Source: Nitrospinales bacterium
Lineage (GTDB): Bacteria > Nitrospinota > Nitrospinia > Nitrospinales > VA-1
Assembly (NCBI GenBank): GCA_965262115.1
Contig: OZ253496.1
Coordinates: 1-64,000, forward strand
Direction: 5' to 3'
Length of the DNA: 64,000 bases
The translations under genes were made by a program, and so were the position numbers. The notes under the pieces were generated by a model, which had not been told where the DNA came from, did no database searches, and saw nothing but the letters and a program-made list of their open reading frames with translations. Shown piece by piece: positions 25,714 to 39,928 of this stretch (positions are counted from its first letter, which is position 1; each line of letters begins with the position of its first letter).

Positions 25714-28222
25714 AGAGCTATTGTCAACCTGCCTCACCCCAGTGTGATGTTAATCCAGTGTGTGGCCCCATAGAGCTATTGTCAACCTGCCTCACCCCAG
25801 TGCGATGTTAATCCAGTGTGTGGCCCCATAGAGCTATTGTCAACCTGCCTCACTCTAGTGCGATGTTGATCCAGTGTTTGGCCCCATAGAGCTATTGTCA
25901 ACCTGCCTCACCCCAGTGCGATGTTGATCCAGTGTGTGGCCCCATAGAGCTATTGTCAACCTGCCTCACCCCAGTGTGATGTTGATCCAGTGTGTGGCCC
26001 CATAGAGCTATTGTCAACCAGCCTCACCCCAGTGCGATGTTAATCCAGTGTGTGGCCCCATAGAGCTATTGTCAACCAGCCTCACCCCAGTGCGATGTTA
26101 ATCCAGTGTGTGGCCCCATAGAGCTATTGTCAACCAGCCTCACCCCAGTGCGATGTTGATCCAGTGTGTGGCCCCATAGAGCTATTGTCAACCAGCCTCA
26201 CCCCAGTGTGATGTTGATCCAGTGTGTGTCCCCATAGAGCTATTATCAACCTGCCTCACCCCAGTGTGATGTTGATCCAGTGTGTGTCCCCACAGAGCTA
26301 TTGTCAACCTGCCTCACCCCAGTGTGATGTTGATCCAGTGTGTGGCCCCATAGAGCTATTGTCAACCTGCCTCACCCCAGTGTATTTTTGATCCATTGTG
26401 TGCCCCCATAGAGCTATTATCAACCTGCCTCACCCCAGTGTGATGTTGATCCAGTGTGTGTCCCTATAGAGCTATTGTCAACCTGCCTCACCCCAGTGCG
26501 ATGTTGATCCAGTGTGTGTCCCCATAGAGCTATTGTCAACCTGCCTCACCCCAGTGTAATTTTGATCCAGTGTGTGGCCCCATAGAGCTATTGTCAACCT
26601 GACTCACCCCAGTGCGATGTTGATCCAGTGTGTGTCCCCATAGAGCTATTGTCAACCTGCCTCACCCCAGTGTAATTTTGATCCAGTGTGTGTCCCCATA
26701 GAGCTATTGTCAACCTGCCTCACCCCAGTGTTTTTTTGATCCATTGTGTGCCCCCATAGAGCTATTATCAACCTGCCTCACCCCAGTGTGATGTTGATCC
26801 AGTGTGTGTCCCTATAGAGCTATTGTCAACCTGCCTCACCCCAGTGTGATGTTGATCCAGTGTGTGCCCCCATAGAGCTATTGTCAACCTGCCTCATTTC
26901 AGTGCGATCTTGATCCAATGTGTGCTCCCATAGAGCAATAGTCAACCTGCCTCACCTCAGTGCGATGTTGATCCAGTGTGTGCCCCCATAGAGCTATTGT
27001 CAACCTGCCTCACCCCAGTGTGATGTTGATCCAGTGTGTGCCCCCGTAGAGCTATTGACAACCTGCCTCACCCCAGTGTGATGTTGATCCAGTGTGTGCC
27101 CCCATAGAGCTATTGTCAACCTGCCTCACCCCAGTGTAATTTTGATCCAGTTTGTGGCCCCATAGAGCTATTGTCAACCTGCCTCACCCCAGTGCGATGT
27201 TGATCCAGTGTGTGTCCCCATAGAGCTATTGTCAACCTGCCTCACCCCAGTGTAATTTTGATCCAGTGTGTGTCCCCATAGAGCTATTGTCAACCTGCCT
27301 CACCTCAGTGTATTTTTGATCCATTGTGTGCTCCCATAGAGCTATTATCAACCTGCCTCACCCCAGTGTAATTTTGATCCAGTGTGTGGCCCCATAGAGC
27401 TATTGTCAACCTGACTCACCCCAGTGCGATGTTGATCCAGTGTGTGTCCCCATAGAGCTATTGTCAACCTGCCTCATTTCAGTGCGATCTTGATCCAGTG
27501 TGTGCTTCCATAGAGCAATAGTCAACCTGCCTCACCCCAGTGTGATGTTGATCCAGTGTGTGTCCCCATAGAGCAATTGTCAACCTGCCTCACCCCAGTG
27601 TGATGTTGATCCAGTATGTCCCCATAGACCTATTGTCAACCTGCCTCACCCCAGTGTGATGTTGATCCAGTGTGTCCCCATAGAGCTATTGTCAACCTGC
27701 CTCACCCCAGTGTGATGTTGATCCAGTGTGTGTCCCCATAGAGCTATTGTCAACCTGCCTCACCCCAGTGTGATGTTGATCCAGTGTGTGCCCCCATAGA
27801 GCTATTGTCAACCTGCCTCACCCCAGTGCGATGTTGATCCAGTGTGTGCCCCCATAGAGCTATTGTCAACCTGCCTCACCCCAGTGCGATGTTGATCCAG
27901 TGTGTGCCCCCATAGAGCTATTGTCAACCTGCCTCACCCCAGTGTGATGTTGATCCAGTGTGTGTCCCCATAGAGCTATTGTCAACCTGCCTCACCCCAG
28001 TGTGATGTTGATCCAGTGTGTGTCCCCATAGAGCTATTGTCAACCTGCCTCACCCCAGTGTGATGTTGATCCTGTGTGTGTCCCCATAGAGCTATTGTCA
28101 ACCTGCCTCACCCCAGTGTGATGTTGATCCTGTGTGTGCCCCCATAGAGCTATTGTCAACCTGCCTCACCCCAGTGCGATGTTGATCCAGTGTGTGTCCC
28201 CATAGAGCTATTGTCAACCTGT
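25714..28222. repeat. 58-bp satellite-like array, about 43 copies
   Basis: Unit gagctattgtcaacctgcctcaccccagtgtgatgttgatccagtgtgtggccccata. Confidence 0.98.
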
Positions 28223-28322
28223 TCCTAAAGCCAAGTGTGATTAGCATGCCCCAGTCACTTACTGATGGACACAATCACAGCATCCCAACATTATTCATTG
28301 TTTTAATGTGCACATAACTAAC

Positions 28323-28531
28323 CAACACATAAAATCGTGTTGCTCTCTGTCCAGCCACTCGGATGATCACAGTAGTGAAGCCAAAGTTGACGATCGTGTC
28401 ATAAGGTAAAGGGTTAACTGGTATTGCTGAGGAGATATTAACACTGTAACGTGTGCCGTAGATATGATTCACAGCAGGAGGTCCAGTAGGCTGGTATGTT
28501 ACTCCCAAACTTTCAAAGTCTGAAGGATACA
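28323..28531 (-). CDS. Gene A exon, N-terminal part of an FN3-like repeat
   Basis: ttcttcctctag| acceptor, TTG|gttagt donor, phase 1-0. Matches ORF 28275..28532. Confidence 0.8.
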
Positions 28532-28595
28532 CTAGAGGAAGAAAAGATTATGAATATTGTCACAAGTTATTCATTATTGCTGTTGTTGCTTGTAC

Positions 28596-28656
28596 CAATA
28601 TCTCTAGCCAAGTAGTTCCCACCATATTGGCATCCAGATTTGCAATCTCGTTTCTC
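28596..28656 (-). CDS. Gene A exon (EKRDCKSGCQYGGNYLARDI)
   Basis: ctttctctttgcag| acceptor, G|gtacaa donor, phase 0-1. The CxxGC motif closes the Cys-rich region. Confidence 0.75.
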
Positions 28657-29352
28657 CTGCAAAGAGAAAGAAATGAAACTGTAAAAATGCAGTTCAAATA
28701 TTTACTCGAGATCACTCCTTGAACATCACTTCAGACTGGCCATTGAGTCCTAGCTTCATAAAGATGCCAGTCGCTTGTTACATGGCCTGTTGCAGCATGA
28801 ATGAGGGTTGGCGGACATTGTTGTAGAGATCAAACACTACTCAATTCAGGGAAGTCTCTTGTGGACAGCAACTAGTTATAGTGCTGCCTTCTGCCCAACA
28901 CCACCATTGGCATCGTTCCCATGTACTCCCAGAGGAACTGTCTAGCCCCAAGGGAAATAACAGAGGATTATGCCGACTGTAGTCGAGAAGACAGCAACTA
29001 CCACAGCAATGGCTGCATAATAGCAACCCTCTATGGACACCATTGAGATATTTAACTATCTAAGGGAATGCCACCAGTTCAGAAATAAGCAAATTAGAAA
29101 ATTCTAAGCACTAGCATTACCATGACGACCCAGTTGAGAGTTAGCCTAATGAGATATTTGTGATCAAGCTGAAGTCTTCCCACATGGTACATAACTAAGA
29201 GATGGCCTATATAGAAGAGAAAGCATTCAGGATTCCAGGAATTACGATCCGGATTACATTCAGTGCAATACTACTACTCCTAATACTAATATTAATATTA
29301 TCATAATTATTATTAATAACACTTATTATGATTACAGTAATCACTGACTCAC

Positions 29353-29454
29353 ACAGACAATATTGCAAAGAGGATTAGGAAGAAGGTTAGAACTACAGCC
29401 AAAGCCGTTCACGAAGCCCGAGGGATTGTAACAGTTTCCTTTGCAATCTTTTTT
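29353..29454 (-). CDS. Gene A exon, Cys-rich (KKDCKGNCYNPSGFVNGFGCSSNLLPNPLCNIVC)
   Basis: Strong polypyrimidine acceptor ttttcttccttcag|, donor |gtgagt, 102 nt, phase 0-0. Confidence 0.8.
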
Positions 29455-30460
29455 CTGAAGGAAGAAAAAATAAATCATCCTTAATTAAATATTAAAATGC
29501 ATCCTTAATTAAATATTACTAAAGTGTGACTTGCAATGGGAACATGGAAGCAGGATATAGGCAATCTTTCATTTGATCACTTAATTATTTTTATTTATTA
29601 TTATTATTTTTGCCATGTGCACGGACGGAGGTGAGAATAAATTTCCGATAAAAGAAACAATTAGTCAAAATAGATAATTAGAAATTGAACATATAAGAGA
29701 CAAGAACTAATATTGAGACGACATCATTACTTACACACTGGCCTTCACATTTTTCAGTCACACCTTCGAATCTGGTCATACATCCCCTCTGGCAATCTAG
29801 CAGCTACCATATAAGTCACATGATCACACATTGTGGTCACATGATATATCACATTAAGCATGTGTGGCACATGTTCGCATCTAACAACTCGTAAAATATT
29901 GCAAAAGTTGACAAGGAGCAGAGAAGGGATGAAAAAAGGGAAAGGCACGAGCAAATAAGAAAGGGAGAGATTTGCGGGGAAAAGACACGGGATTACTCGT
30001 GGTGGAAAACAAAAAAAATCAAAATACAATCGCTAATAAGCTCAGATCATATCACTCGTCTCTTCCAATCAACATTTATACCAAGCCACAGAAACCTGCA
30101 CACAACAGTGTAATGTGTCCAAGTGCATTATTCCACCAATGGTGTGCACTTGGCACATAGGTAAGGTAGGTTAGCCTTTGGGTATTAGATCCTTTGCTCA
30201 ATATTTGTAATATATAATTACACTTGTACAGGCCACATACAGTGTGTTTTGGCTGTAAAATGCAGTACAAACTTGCTTAATAGAACCACAAATGGGACTA
30301 GAAAGCCATAGATACAAATGTTAAGCAGATTTAAAACCAGCCTTTAGTAAATACTTCAAATCATAAAAGCCATACAATAATTTACTAGAAAAAGGATTCT
30401 TTTAAACTTAATTAGTTTAATTACAATCTCTGCATTAAAACAGCGGGGAAAAAAAAGTAC

Positions 30461-30604
30461 CTCATTCGGAGCATCTGGACAAATACCAGGGATGTGACAT
30501 CCATTAGGGTTATGTGGCAGGAGGCAATCGACTCCTCGGATTCCATCATCACTAAATTTGTAAGACAGGAAACCCTGAGGCCATAACGGGTACCCCAGAA
30601 GCAT
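30461..30604 (-). CDS. Gene A exon (MLLGYPLWPQGF...CLLPHNPNGCHIPGICPDAPNE)
   Basis: tcctttag| acceptor, GAG|gtactt donor, 144 nt, phase 0-0. Confidence 0.75.
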
Positions 30605-30732
30605 CTAAAGGATATTACATCACATATACATTGATCACTACACAGTAGACAACAATGGCTCTGGCAATAACCAGATTATGGTGAGGGTGGGGGTGAGCAT
30701 TATATACAAATGAAAGTGAAACATCTTCATAC

Positions 30733-30828
30733 ATATGGATTGGTGCATATTTGGAAAATGTCATATCGTGGTACGTCTGTGCCCACATATACAGCAGATG
30801 TGTCATCCCCACTCACTATAGGAACACG
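30733..30828 (-). CDS. Gene A exon (VSGDDTSAVYVGTDVPRYDIFQICTNPY)
   Basis: Acceptor at 30815 (ttcctatag|, phase 1) or 30828 (attag|, phase 0). Donor |gtatga, phase 0. Open frame. Confidence 0.7.
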
Positions 30829-30863
30829 CTAATATCCATCCATACATGTACGTTGATTTCTTC

Positions 30864-31200
30864 CTGCACATGCCCAGTAGACTTACACCAAATCACATGA
30901 TATAATGGGAAAACAGAATATTTCCGGTTGGACGGGAGGAGTCCAAAAAATAAAATGGCATACTATTGCAGTACCTTATAGGATTGTCTCTTCCTCAATC
31001 CTTCTTTTCTATGAAGCTCTTCTGCTAAGGAAGGTTGCCCAAGCATCTAAGCATAACCACTCTGAAACCCTAACCCTTGATAAAGGAGACTCTCCTGGAT
31101 GTATTTCTTGGCTTAAGTTTTGTTGTAGACTGAGTAGCATTTGTTTGCTTATCCTAATGATCTGAGTCCGTATTGTATTTGCATTCTAATAAGATTATTC
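30864..31200 (+). repeat. Dispersed divergent repeat family; other copies at 2560-3025 (-), 33477-33860, 56740-57050 and 62080-62280
   Basis: Shared blocks cacatgccca.., gaagctcttct..tgaggaaggctgc, cttgagaaag..ctggatggatttc, ttgtttgct....aatg and gtatttgcatt. Confidence 0.65.
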
Positions 31201-33097
31201 CAGATAACTAAACCGGATGGGTCAATCAGATTGAGGTATAGAATTACCCCTAATTAATACTTAATTTTCTGAAGCTAATTAAGGCAGCTGCAACTCAGCA
31301 AGTTTCCATCCATGTGCTTGATTGTGGGACCCCTCCCCCCATACACCTAGACCAGAAGCAGCTGCTGCAACTACAGATACTCTAGCAGCTATATATAGCC
31401 TTCACAGGAAACTTGTATACAATCCATAACCTTAAGTTCTCGTGTGTTAAAGATTTGTTTGTTCATGCCCTGCACAGGAAGAGCTAGCATATCAAAGGGG
31501 AACTGCTACAGAGCCAAATAGTTTACACACACTCTTCCTAGGTAGCATCTTAGGAAGCTCATCATCCATTGTCCAAAATGATCCTCTCTCTCTTCAGTCA
31601 TAGATGGCAGACTCATTAGGGGGCAAGGTCCAATTAGAGGTGAGTATATACAAGGCCCCCATTAGGGGTGAGTTACTACAAGGTCTGGATCTACAAGAAT
31701 GTATCTTCCACTTCCATGCATTTCTCTCCAGCTCTCAAATCCATCACATCCACAAGTACAAGGAAACTGGAGTTCGAAATACAATCAAGCAGTGGTTACA
31801 ACTTACTAAGTTTGTAATTAAAATACCATCCTTCAGCACTCCACCTTCCATGTGCACAATACATGGTTATCAAGGCCAAACTATGCTTCCTCCCAGCTAC
31901 TGTCAAGTCAGCTGATACCTTAGTTACAGACCCATTCTCTTTGTTTGCAAGTGAAAGAAGCCAAGTTGCTTTAGACAACCCTCAATCATCTAACTTGGAA
32001 GAAGCTCAGAAGAGTATCCCCTCCAAGGTTCTTTAAAATTAGCATAAGTAAGAAAGGAAAGATTCCCGATACACTTAGACTACAACCATTTCCTTCCTTC
32101 TAAACGCTGGTTTGGACATGCTACCAACACCATCAAATCTTTGACAATGACAATCAAAGATATTGCAAATGCCAACATTGTAGTTCTCCCAGGACCTACC
32201 ACACAGCACATCTAAAATGCCAACGTTGTGGTTCTCCTAGGACCTACCACACAGCACATCTAAAACAGTATCATGCTGTCCTCAAAAGGGAGGTACATAC
32301 ATGACCCTGTTCCCGCTAAAGGAGAGAGGTATCTAAAACAGTAGCAGACTTGGTTGGAGGGCTAGCGGCTAGCAGAGAGACAACCTTTTTGTACCCTACC
32401 TCCTAGCAACATATCAACTACTCTACATCCTGACCTCCTAGCATCATATCAACTATTCTGCACCCTGCCTGACTCATAGCATCATATCAACTACTCTGCG
32501 TCCTGATCTCCTCAACTACTCAGCGTCCTGACCTCCTCAACTACTCTGCGTCCTGACCTAGAAGCCATTGACAGAAACAGAGTAGAGCATACGATACTAA
32601 CAAACACGCAGTCAGGACGAGCTCGGATGAGGTGGAGAATCAAGACATAGGTAGGACTCTATCAACCTCACATCAAATATTGACAAGTGGATATCAAGTT
32701 TCCTTTCCTCCTCTTCACAGCTTTAAACTGTGGTTGGTAAACTAATGCAAAAATCACCACAGAATCGAGGAAATGGGGTTGCAGTTTACAAGTTTGTATC
32801 CAAATAGAGCCCACCAATGATCACAGCTTCTGAGGCCAAGAGTAAATAAGTTTCAACCAACATAATTCAGCATTCCTAAGGGTGAAGCAAGTTGGCCGAA
32901 ACTAATTAATTTAATAAACTCTATAATTTATTAAGTTTAAAACAATAAAATCTATCACAACTTAACATAATAATAAATATAATATAATACAACGAACTCT
33001 ATAATAATTTTTAAAGCTGCTATAAGATAGTCACATATCATGTTGCCATGTGATAATTGGCATTCTAATTAAGAACCACGAATGATATCCACCTTAC

Positions 33098-33277
33098 CCA
33101 AGCTACACAGTTTTCTCACCCGCCGTGTTGAGGCATCCAAAGACTTATCCAATTCTTCCAAGCACACTGAATGACAGATGCCTCTGAATCTTGCAGTCAT
33201 CTCTTCCTCTCCACTAGATATAGCACTAATAGGGAGTGTGCAGTTCTCTATCAGATCCACGCAGGAAGTATCAGTGC
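33098..33277 (-). CDS. Gene A exon: Cys-rich (TSCVDLIENC...FRGICHSVCLEEL)
   Basis: Acceptor cacgcag|, phase 1, open frame. Two possible donors: CGG|gtgaga ending at 33120 (phase 0) or G|gtaagg ending at 33098 (phase 1). Each matches one of two acceptors on the next exon. Confidence 0.7.
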
Positions 33278-34224
33278 CTGCGTGATCAATAAACAAAGGT
33301 GTGATAAATAGTTACAAAACGTACCAACAAGCTTAGCACAAAACAGAAACCAGGAATACAATATCATGAAGGCTGGTTTTAGCCGATGGAGGGACAGCGT
33401 AGTTTGACATAAATGCTGATATAGGTCGCAAAAAAACAAATCAAAACAAAAATTAACGATACATGCTTAATTTCACCTGCACATGCCCAGTAGATTGCTT
33501 TAACAATATAATACAGTAAAAAAAAAAAAGTTTACTTCTTGTTAGACAGTCACACAAGCAAAAAGGGAAAAAAAAACAACAACAATGGATGACTTGTTCA
33601 TAACTCTGTCATGAAGCAGCTCTTCCAGACAGTTACTGCAGTTTCTGGAAGCTCTTCTACTGAGGAAGGCTGCACAGACACCAATGCTTACTGAAAACAA
33701 TCTGAATCTCTTCACTCCTGGATGAATTTCTTTGCTGCAAGTCTTGTTGTACACATAGAGAGCCGTAGAGATGTGTAGCTTTTGTTTGCTTGCCTCAATG
33801 GAGCTAATTCTATACCAAGCTACAGCATATTGTATTTGCATTTTAATAATATGAACAGACGATATGAAGAGTTTGAAAAGTTTATTCTTGAAAAAAAAAT
33901 ATATATATAATCTGTAAGCGTAATGCAGTTGTAGTGGTCTAGGAAATGGAATGGAGGGGGAAAGGGGGGGGGAGGTTGGAAGGGAGAAAAAAAAATTGGT
34001 TTGCCAGATCTTTTTAAGCCTGAGTTGAAGTCAGTAGCTAAAGCTCTGTTCTAGCAATAGCTCTTGCTTTGCCCTACTGATGCCTACTGCCGGTGGGTGC
34101 CTAAGCCTCACCTCACAGGGAAACAGAATTGGCACCCACTAAGCATCTAGCTATGAGTGTCTAGGGCCTTGTCAGGTGGGAGTCCAGTACCTACTCTTGT
34201 CTCCCTAATAGTGATATCGGAAGG

Positions 34225-35795
34225 AATAAGAGTATAGGGTGAAAAATTCAATAAGAGTATACCCGAATAAGAGTAAAGGATGGAAAATTCAATAAGAGTA
34301 TGGACCCGAATAATAGTAAAGGATGGAAAACTCGATAAGAGTATGGACTCAAATAAGAGTAAAGGGTGGAAAACTCAATAAGAGTATGGACCCAAATAAG
34401 AGTAAAGGATGGAAAACTCAATAAGAGTATGGACCCAAATAAGAGTAAAGGATGGAAAACTCAATAAGAGTATGGACCCAAATAAGAGTAAAGGATGGAA
34501 AACTCAATAAGAGTATGGACCCAAATAAGAGTAAAGGATGGAAAACTCGATAAGAGTATGGACCCAAATAAGAGTAAAGGGTGGAAAACTGAATAAGAGT
34601 ATGGACTCAAATAAGAGTAAAGGGTGGAAAACTCAATAAGAGTATGGACCCAAATAAGAGTAAAGGGTGGAAAACTCAATAAGAGTATGGACCCAAATAA
34701 GAGTAAAGGGTGGAAAACTCAATAAGAGTATGGACCCAAATAAGAGTAAAGGATGGAAAACTCAATAAGAGTATGGACCCAAATAAGAGTAAAGGATGGA
34801 AAACTCAATAAGAGTATGGACCCAAATAAGAGTAAAGGATGGAAAACTCAATAAGAGTATGGACCCAAATAAGAGTAAAGGATGGAAAACTCGATAAGAG
34901 TATGGACCCAAATAAGAGTAAAGGGTGGAAAACTGAATAAGAGTATGGACTCAAATAAGAGTAAAGGGTGGAAAACTCAATAAGAGTATGGACCCAAATA
35001 AGAGTAAAGGGTGGAAAACTCAATAAGAGTATGGACCCAAATAAGAGTAAAGGATGGAAAACTCGATAAGAGTATGGACCCAAATAAGAGTAAAGGGTGG
35101 AAAACTCAATAAGAGTATGGACTCAAATAAGAGTAAAGGGTGGAAAACTCAATAAGAGTATGGACCCAAATAAGAGTAAAGGGTGGAAAACTCAATAAGA
35201 GTATGGACCCAAATAAGAGTAAAGGATGGAAAACTCAATAAGAGTATGGACCCAAATAAGAGTAAAGGATGGAAAACTCAATAAGATTATGGACCCAAAT
35301 AAGAGTAAAGGATGGAAAACTCGATAAGAGTATGGACCCAAATAAGAGTAAAGGGTGGAAAACTGAATAAGAGTATGGACTCAAATAAGAGTAAAGGGTG
35401 GAAAACTCAATAAGAGTATGGACCCAAATAAGAGTAAAGGGTGGAAAACTCAATAAGAGTATGGACCCAAATAAGAGTAAAGGTTGGAAAACTCAATAAG
35501 AGTATGGACCCAAATAAGAGTAAAGGATGGAAAACTCGATAAGAGTATGGACCCAAATAAGAGTAAAGGGTGGAAAACTGAATAAGAGTATGGACTCAAA
35601 TAAGAGTAAAGGGTGGAAAACTCAATAAGAGTATGGACCCAAATAAGAGTAAAGGGTGGAAAACTCAATAAGAGTATGGACCCAAATAAGAGTAAAGGGT
35701 GGAAAACTCAATAAGAGTATGGACCCAAATAAGAGTAAAGGGTGGAAAACTGAATAAGAGTATGGACCCAAATAAGAGTAAAGGGTGGAAAACTG
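34225..35795. repeat. 43-bp purine-rich minisatellite, about 36 copies, with higher-order structure
   Basis: Unit aataagagtatggacccaaataagagtaaagggtggaaaactc. Confidence 0.97.
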
Positions 35796-36474
35796 ATTGC
35801 TGAACAAGTAACTATTAAACTGTAAGAAGCAATTGGCTACACTAAAGGCTGAAAACTCAGTGGAGATATGTCTATCCAAGATCTAACAATGGTGACAACT
35901 AATAAGTCTGGTGTAGTGTGTGGAAAACAATAGGGAGAAACAGAGTAGGCACACCACAGCTTCAGAGCGCCCCTTCATTTATATATACACAAGTTGCTCC
36001 GACAACTTTTAGCCTTAGCCTGGACAACATTTAGCGTATCATTGCTGGCCTGAATGCCCATTTTAATGCCCTTTAAGCAATGCATAAGGGTGGACAAGAA
36101 GCTCAGAGAAGCACTATGATCTAGACTTGAGGTTGGAAATAAAGCTTAGGAGAATCCTTTGTTCATGCATGAACTAGACTTCAAAAAAGAAATTCAGAGA
36201 AGCACTGTGATCTAGAGTTGAGGTTGGAAGTACAGTTTAGGAGAATCATTTGCATGGCTTTTGCAGACCTTTTAAGAAAGTGCAAAAGAGAAGAAACAGA
36301 TCATATGTCAAATAAATGATATTCCAACCCATACTTCCAACCACAACCATAGATCATACTTCTGAAAGGTTTAGGTTAACAGTGTAGCTTCCTTTTCAGA
36401 GGCTCTCTGCGGTGACATAACTGCCTGGGAAGCACAGCCTCTCTGATGGGCTTGATGGGTTAACGCAGGTTGCA

Positions 36475-36880
36475 ATAGCTATGGGGACACACATTGTACC
36501 ACATTACACTGGGCTAAGGATACGTCTAAGGGGGCAATCACTGGATCAACATCACACTGAACTGAGGCAGGTTGACAATAGCTCAATGGGGGCACACAGA
36601 TTAATATCACTCTAGGTTGAGGCTGATTGACAAGGACCAATATCACACTAGGTTGAGGCAGGATGACAACAGCTCTATGGGAACACACATAGACCAATAT
36701 CACACTAGGTTGAGGCAGGTTGACAACAGCTCTATACGGATCAATATCACACTAGGTTGAAGCAGGATGACAAAAGCTCTATGGGAACACACACGGATCA
36801 ATATCACACTAGGTTGAGGCAAGTTGACAACAGCGCTATGGGGACACACATGGATGAAGATCACACAGGGTTGAGGCAGG
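36475..36880 (-). repeat. Diverged inverted copies of the 58-bp repeat
   Basis: tgaggcaggttgacaatagctc is the reverse complement of the 25.7-28.2 kb unit. Further degenerate copies lie at 38810-39190 (+). Confidence 0.85.
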
Positions 36881-37241
36881 GACTGATCTAGTCAGAATCA
36901 AAGGGGAAGGGGGTGAGGGTCCAAGTGCATTGTAACTAGTGTGACCACGCAAAGAGCTTGCACTCATGTGAGTATTTCACTTACACTGTCTCTAGTTCAG
37001 TATCGTAACATTCATTAGAAAATGAAATTCAAAAAAATCAATCAAAAGTTACAGAACCTTTATCATTCACATAGGTCAGGTGAGTGTTGTAAATAAACCT
37101 GCTGAGAACTTGTGGTGGACAGATTTTAATCTTGTGACGTACATTCATCAGAGTCAAATGCAGAAACAATCCTGTCTTCTCCCATAGTTGAACTCACAAA
37201 GTTCATCACACAAAAAAATAATAAGGCCCAGGTTATAGGAT

Positions 37242-37590
37242 GTGATGAGAAGCCTAGACACACATCACGACCACACTGTACCAGGGTGGCAAGATGGTGA
37301 GGTTAGCTCCACAGCTAGTTACAGGAAGTGATGAGAAGCCGAGGTACACATCACGACCACACTGTATCTGGGTGGCAAGATGGTGAGGTTAGCTCCACAG
37401 CTAGTTACAGGAAGTGATGAGAAGCCTAGGTACACATCAGGACCACACTGTACCTGGGTGGCAAGAAGGTGAGGTTAGCTTCACAGCTAGTTTCAGGAAG
37501 TGATGAGAAGCCTAGGTACACATCAGGGCCACACTGTATCAGGGTGGCAAGAAGGTGAGGTTAGCTCCACAGCTAGTTATAGGAAGTGTA
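37242..37590. repeat. 86-bp tandem repeat, 4 copies
   Basis: Units start at 37242, 37328, 37414 and 37500. Confidence 0.9.
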
Positions 37591-38266
37591 TATCCTATGA
37601 TGAGAAGCTGATAAAAATTAGGTACACATCGGGATCACACTGTTTCAGTGTCAAGATTTGTCTGGGATTTTTTCAGCTGGACCATCGTGGATACCCATCT
37701 CATTTTTTCTTCATTTTCCTAGCATACCCGGCCACCCATTATCTCCCCAAAGTTAATTTGCATTTGACATGAATACAAATGTGCCGGGTAAAGCTCCTGT
37801 ACCAACTTGATTTCCATCTCCAAATCGGCAACTAAAGTCTGCCAGCAAGTGTTAACAGATTTCCCAGAGTAATGACTCCAATAATAACTTGGGCAGTTGA
37901 GGCTGCATTGCTGGCTCACTATATTTGTCTGCCTACAATTCTCAAAATTCTCATCTCTGCACCAAGAATTTCTGAAATGTTATTGGATCTTCTTTTTCGC
38001 TCAGTCTCAATATTGCTTCTCAGAGACCATTATGCCATTTATCATGTAGTAAGCTACAGTCAAACATACCTACCATTAACTACAGTGTATAACTACAAGT
38101 CTGGGAGTATTCATATAAAGTACATTGCTTTGTGAGGGGGGTGGGAAGTCTGGGGTGATAGGCTATGCATTGGTTACAAGGGAGGGATCTGGTCAATTGG
38201 TTACAAATGGACTTCAAGGAAGGAAGGTAGGCTAAATATAAGTATATGAATATGATGACTTCTGCG

Positions 38267-38564
<298 letters not shown>

Positions 38565-39928
38565 CTGAAACCACATAGACTTTGTAGCAAAATAGGAAGT
38601 GTGATTAAAGCAGTTCCTAAGATTGTCAACAAGTTCACCACTTCACTATTACTATTTTAATTGGTGGATTAACCTCTCACATCGGGGAGAGAGAACTGGC
38701 GAGTAATGGAGGCTTCCCGGTAGGTGTTAATTAGTATAAGCATAATACAAGTCCAGAAGAACCTAATTGAAGTGCTTGGGAGGTGACTGAATGTTACTGT
38801 AGGTGTTCTGTTAGTCCAGTGTGTGGCCCTAAAGAGCCTGCCTCAACTCAGTGGATGATCAACCAGAATGCTCAACCCAGCAGTGTGATGGTGATCCATT
38901 GTGTGTCTCCCCTCATCCAAGTGGATGCTCAACCCAGTGTGATGTTGATCCATTGTGTCTCCCCTCAACCAAGTGGATGCTCAACCCAGTGTGATGTTGA
39001 TCCATTGTGTGTCCCCCCTCAATCCAGTGTTATGTTGGTCCAGATGTGTTCCCAAAAAGATATTGTCAACCTACTTCAACCCATCCAGTGTGTACCCCCA
39101 TAGAGCTATCCTCAACCGAGTGTGATATTGGTCGAGCATGTGGTCCCCATTTAATCCACTTCAACTGCTCAACCAAGTATGCTGTTGATCACGACTGTGT
39201 GCTTTGCCAACAACAACCGGCTGAGAACCCTGCAAGCATTCAGGACCCTCGCGATTTGGATAACGAATTTATAAAAATAAAAATAAGATCTATGGAAATG
39301 TGAATGAATCTGAGAAATCGGCCATTTTACTGTATACCAATTTTACTGTATATCAATTTTGGTTATTGGCAATTTTCTCAGAACCTCACACATGAAGGGT
39401 GTAACAATGGAGTCTGTATATCGCCAACAGCAGGGTTTTGGTGCACCAATCAAATCACTCGGCTGAGAATCAAGAGACTACTGTAAGCACCAAGCAGTAT
39501 TTGTAAGACAGCCGAACAAAATGCCCCAATATCCAACTGGCCCACACCTGATCATCGGCTGCCTGCTTGTTCATTCCTTCCCACACAGTGTAGATCATTG
39601 CTTATTGATTTGCAGTTTGTGGCAGACGAGAAAACAGAGTTCATATACATAATTGTCAACTTTCTAGTTTAGTAAACCGGGACAAGCCAACCCAGCAGGC
39701 ATCTGTAGTAAGATGAGACCAAACAAATCATTAGTACTTATCAAATAGGATTGCGACGCAGACCCAGCGGAAACTAAAATGAAGTGGTCCTGCCAAAGTG
39801 AAACTGACTTTTGTAGATAACTCTGGAGGCATTTGAAGATCCCTCAAAATCTTTACTGCATCTTGGGCCATTATTGAATCTTAGCGATATAACAGATCGG
39901 CACATTCCCAAAACATAGCTCTAGCAGC

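Noticed and set aside
28740..29060. Coding-like minus-strand text (AAIAVVVAVFSTTVGIILCYFPWG...)
   Set aside because: It has stops and frameshifts and no recognisable family, and gene A splices around it in phase.
30733..30828. NIDO-like reading of GDDTS...ICTNPY
   Set aside because: The downstream exons lack NIDO motifs and are Cys-rich and FN3-like instead.
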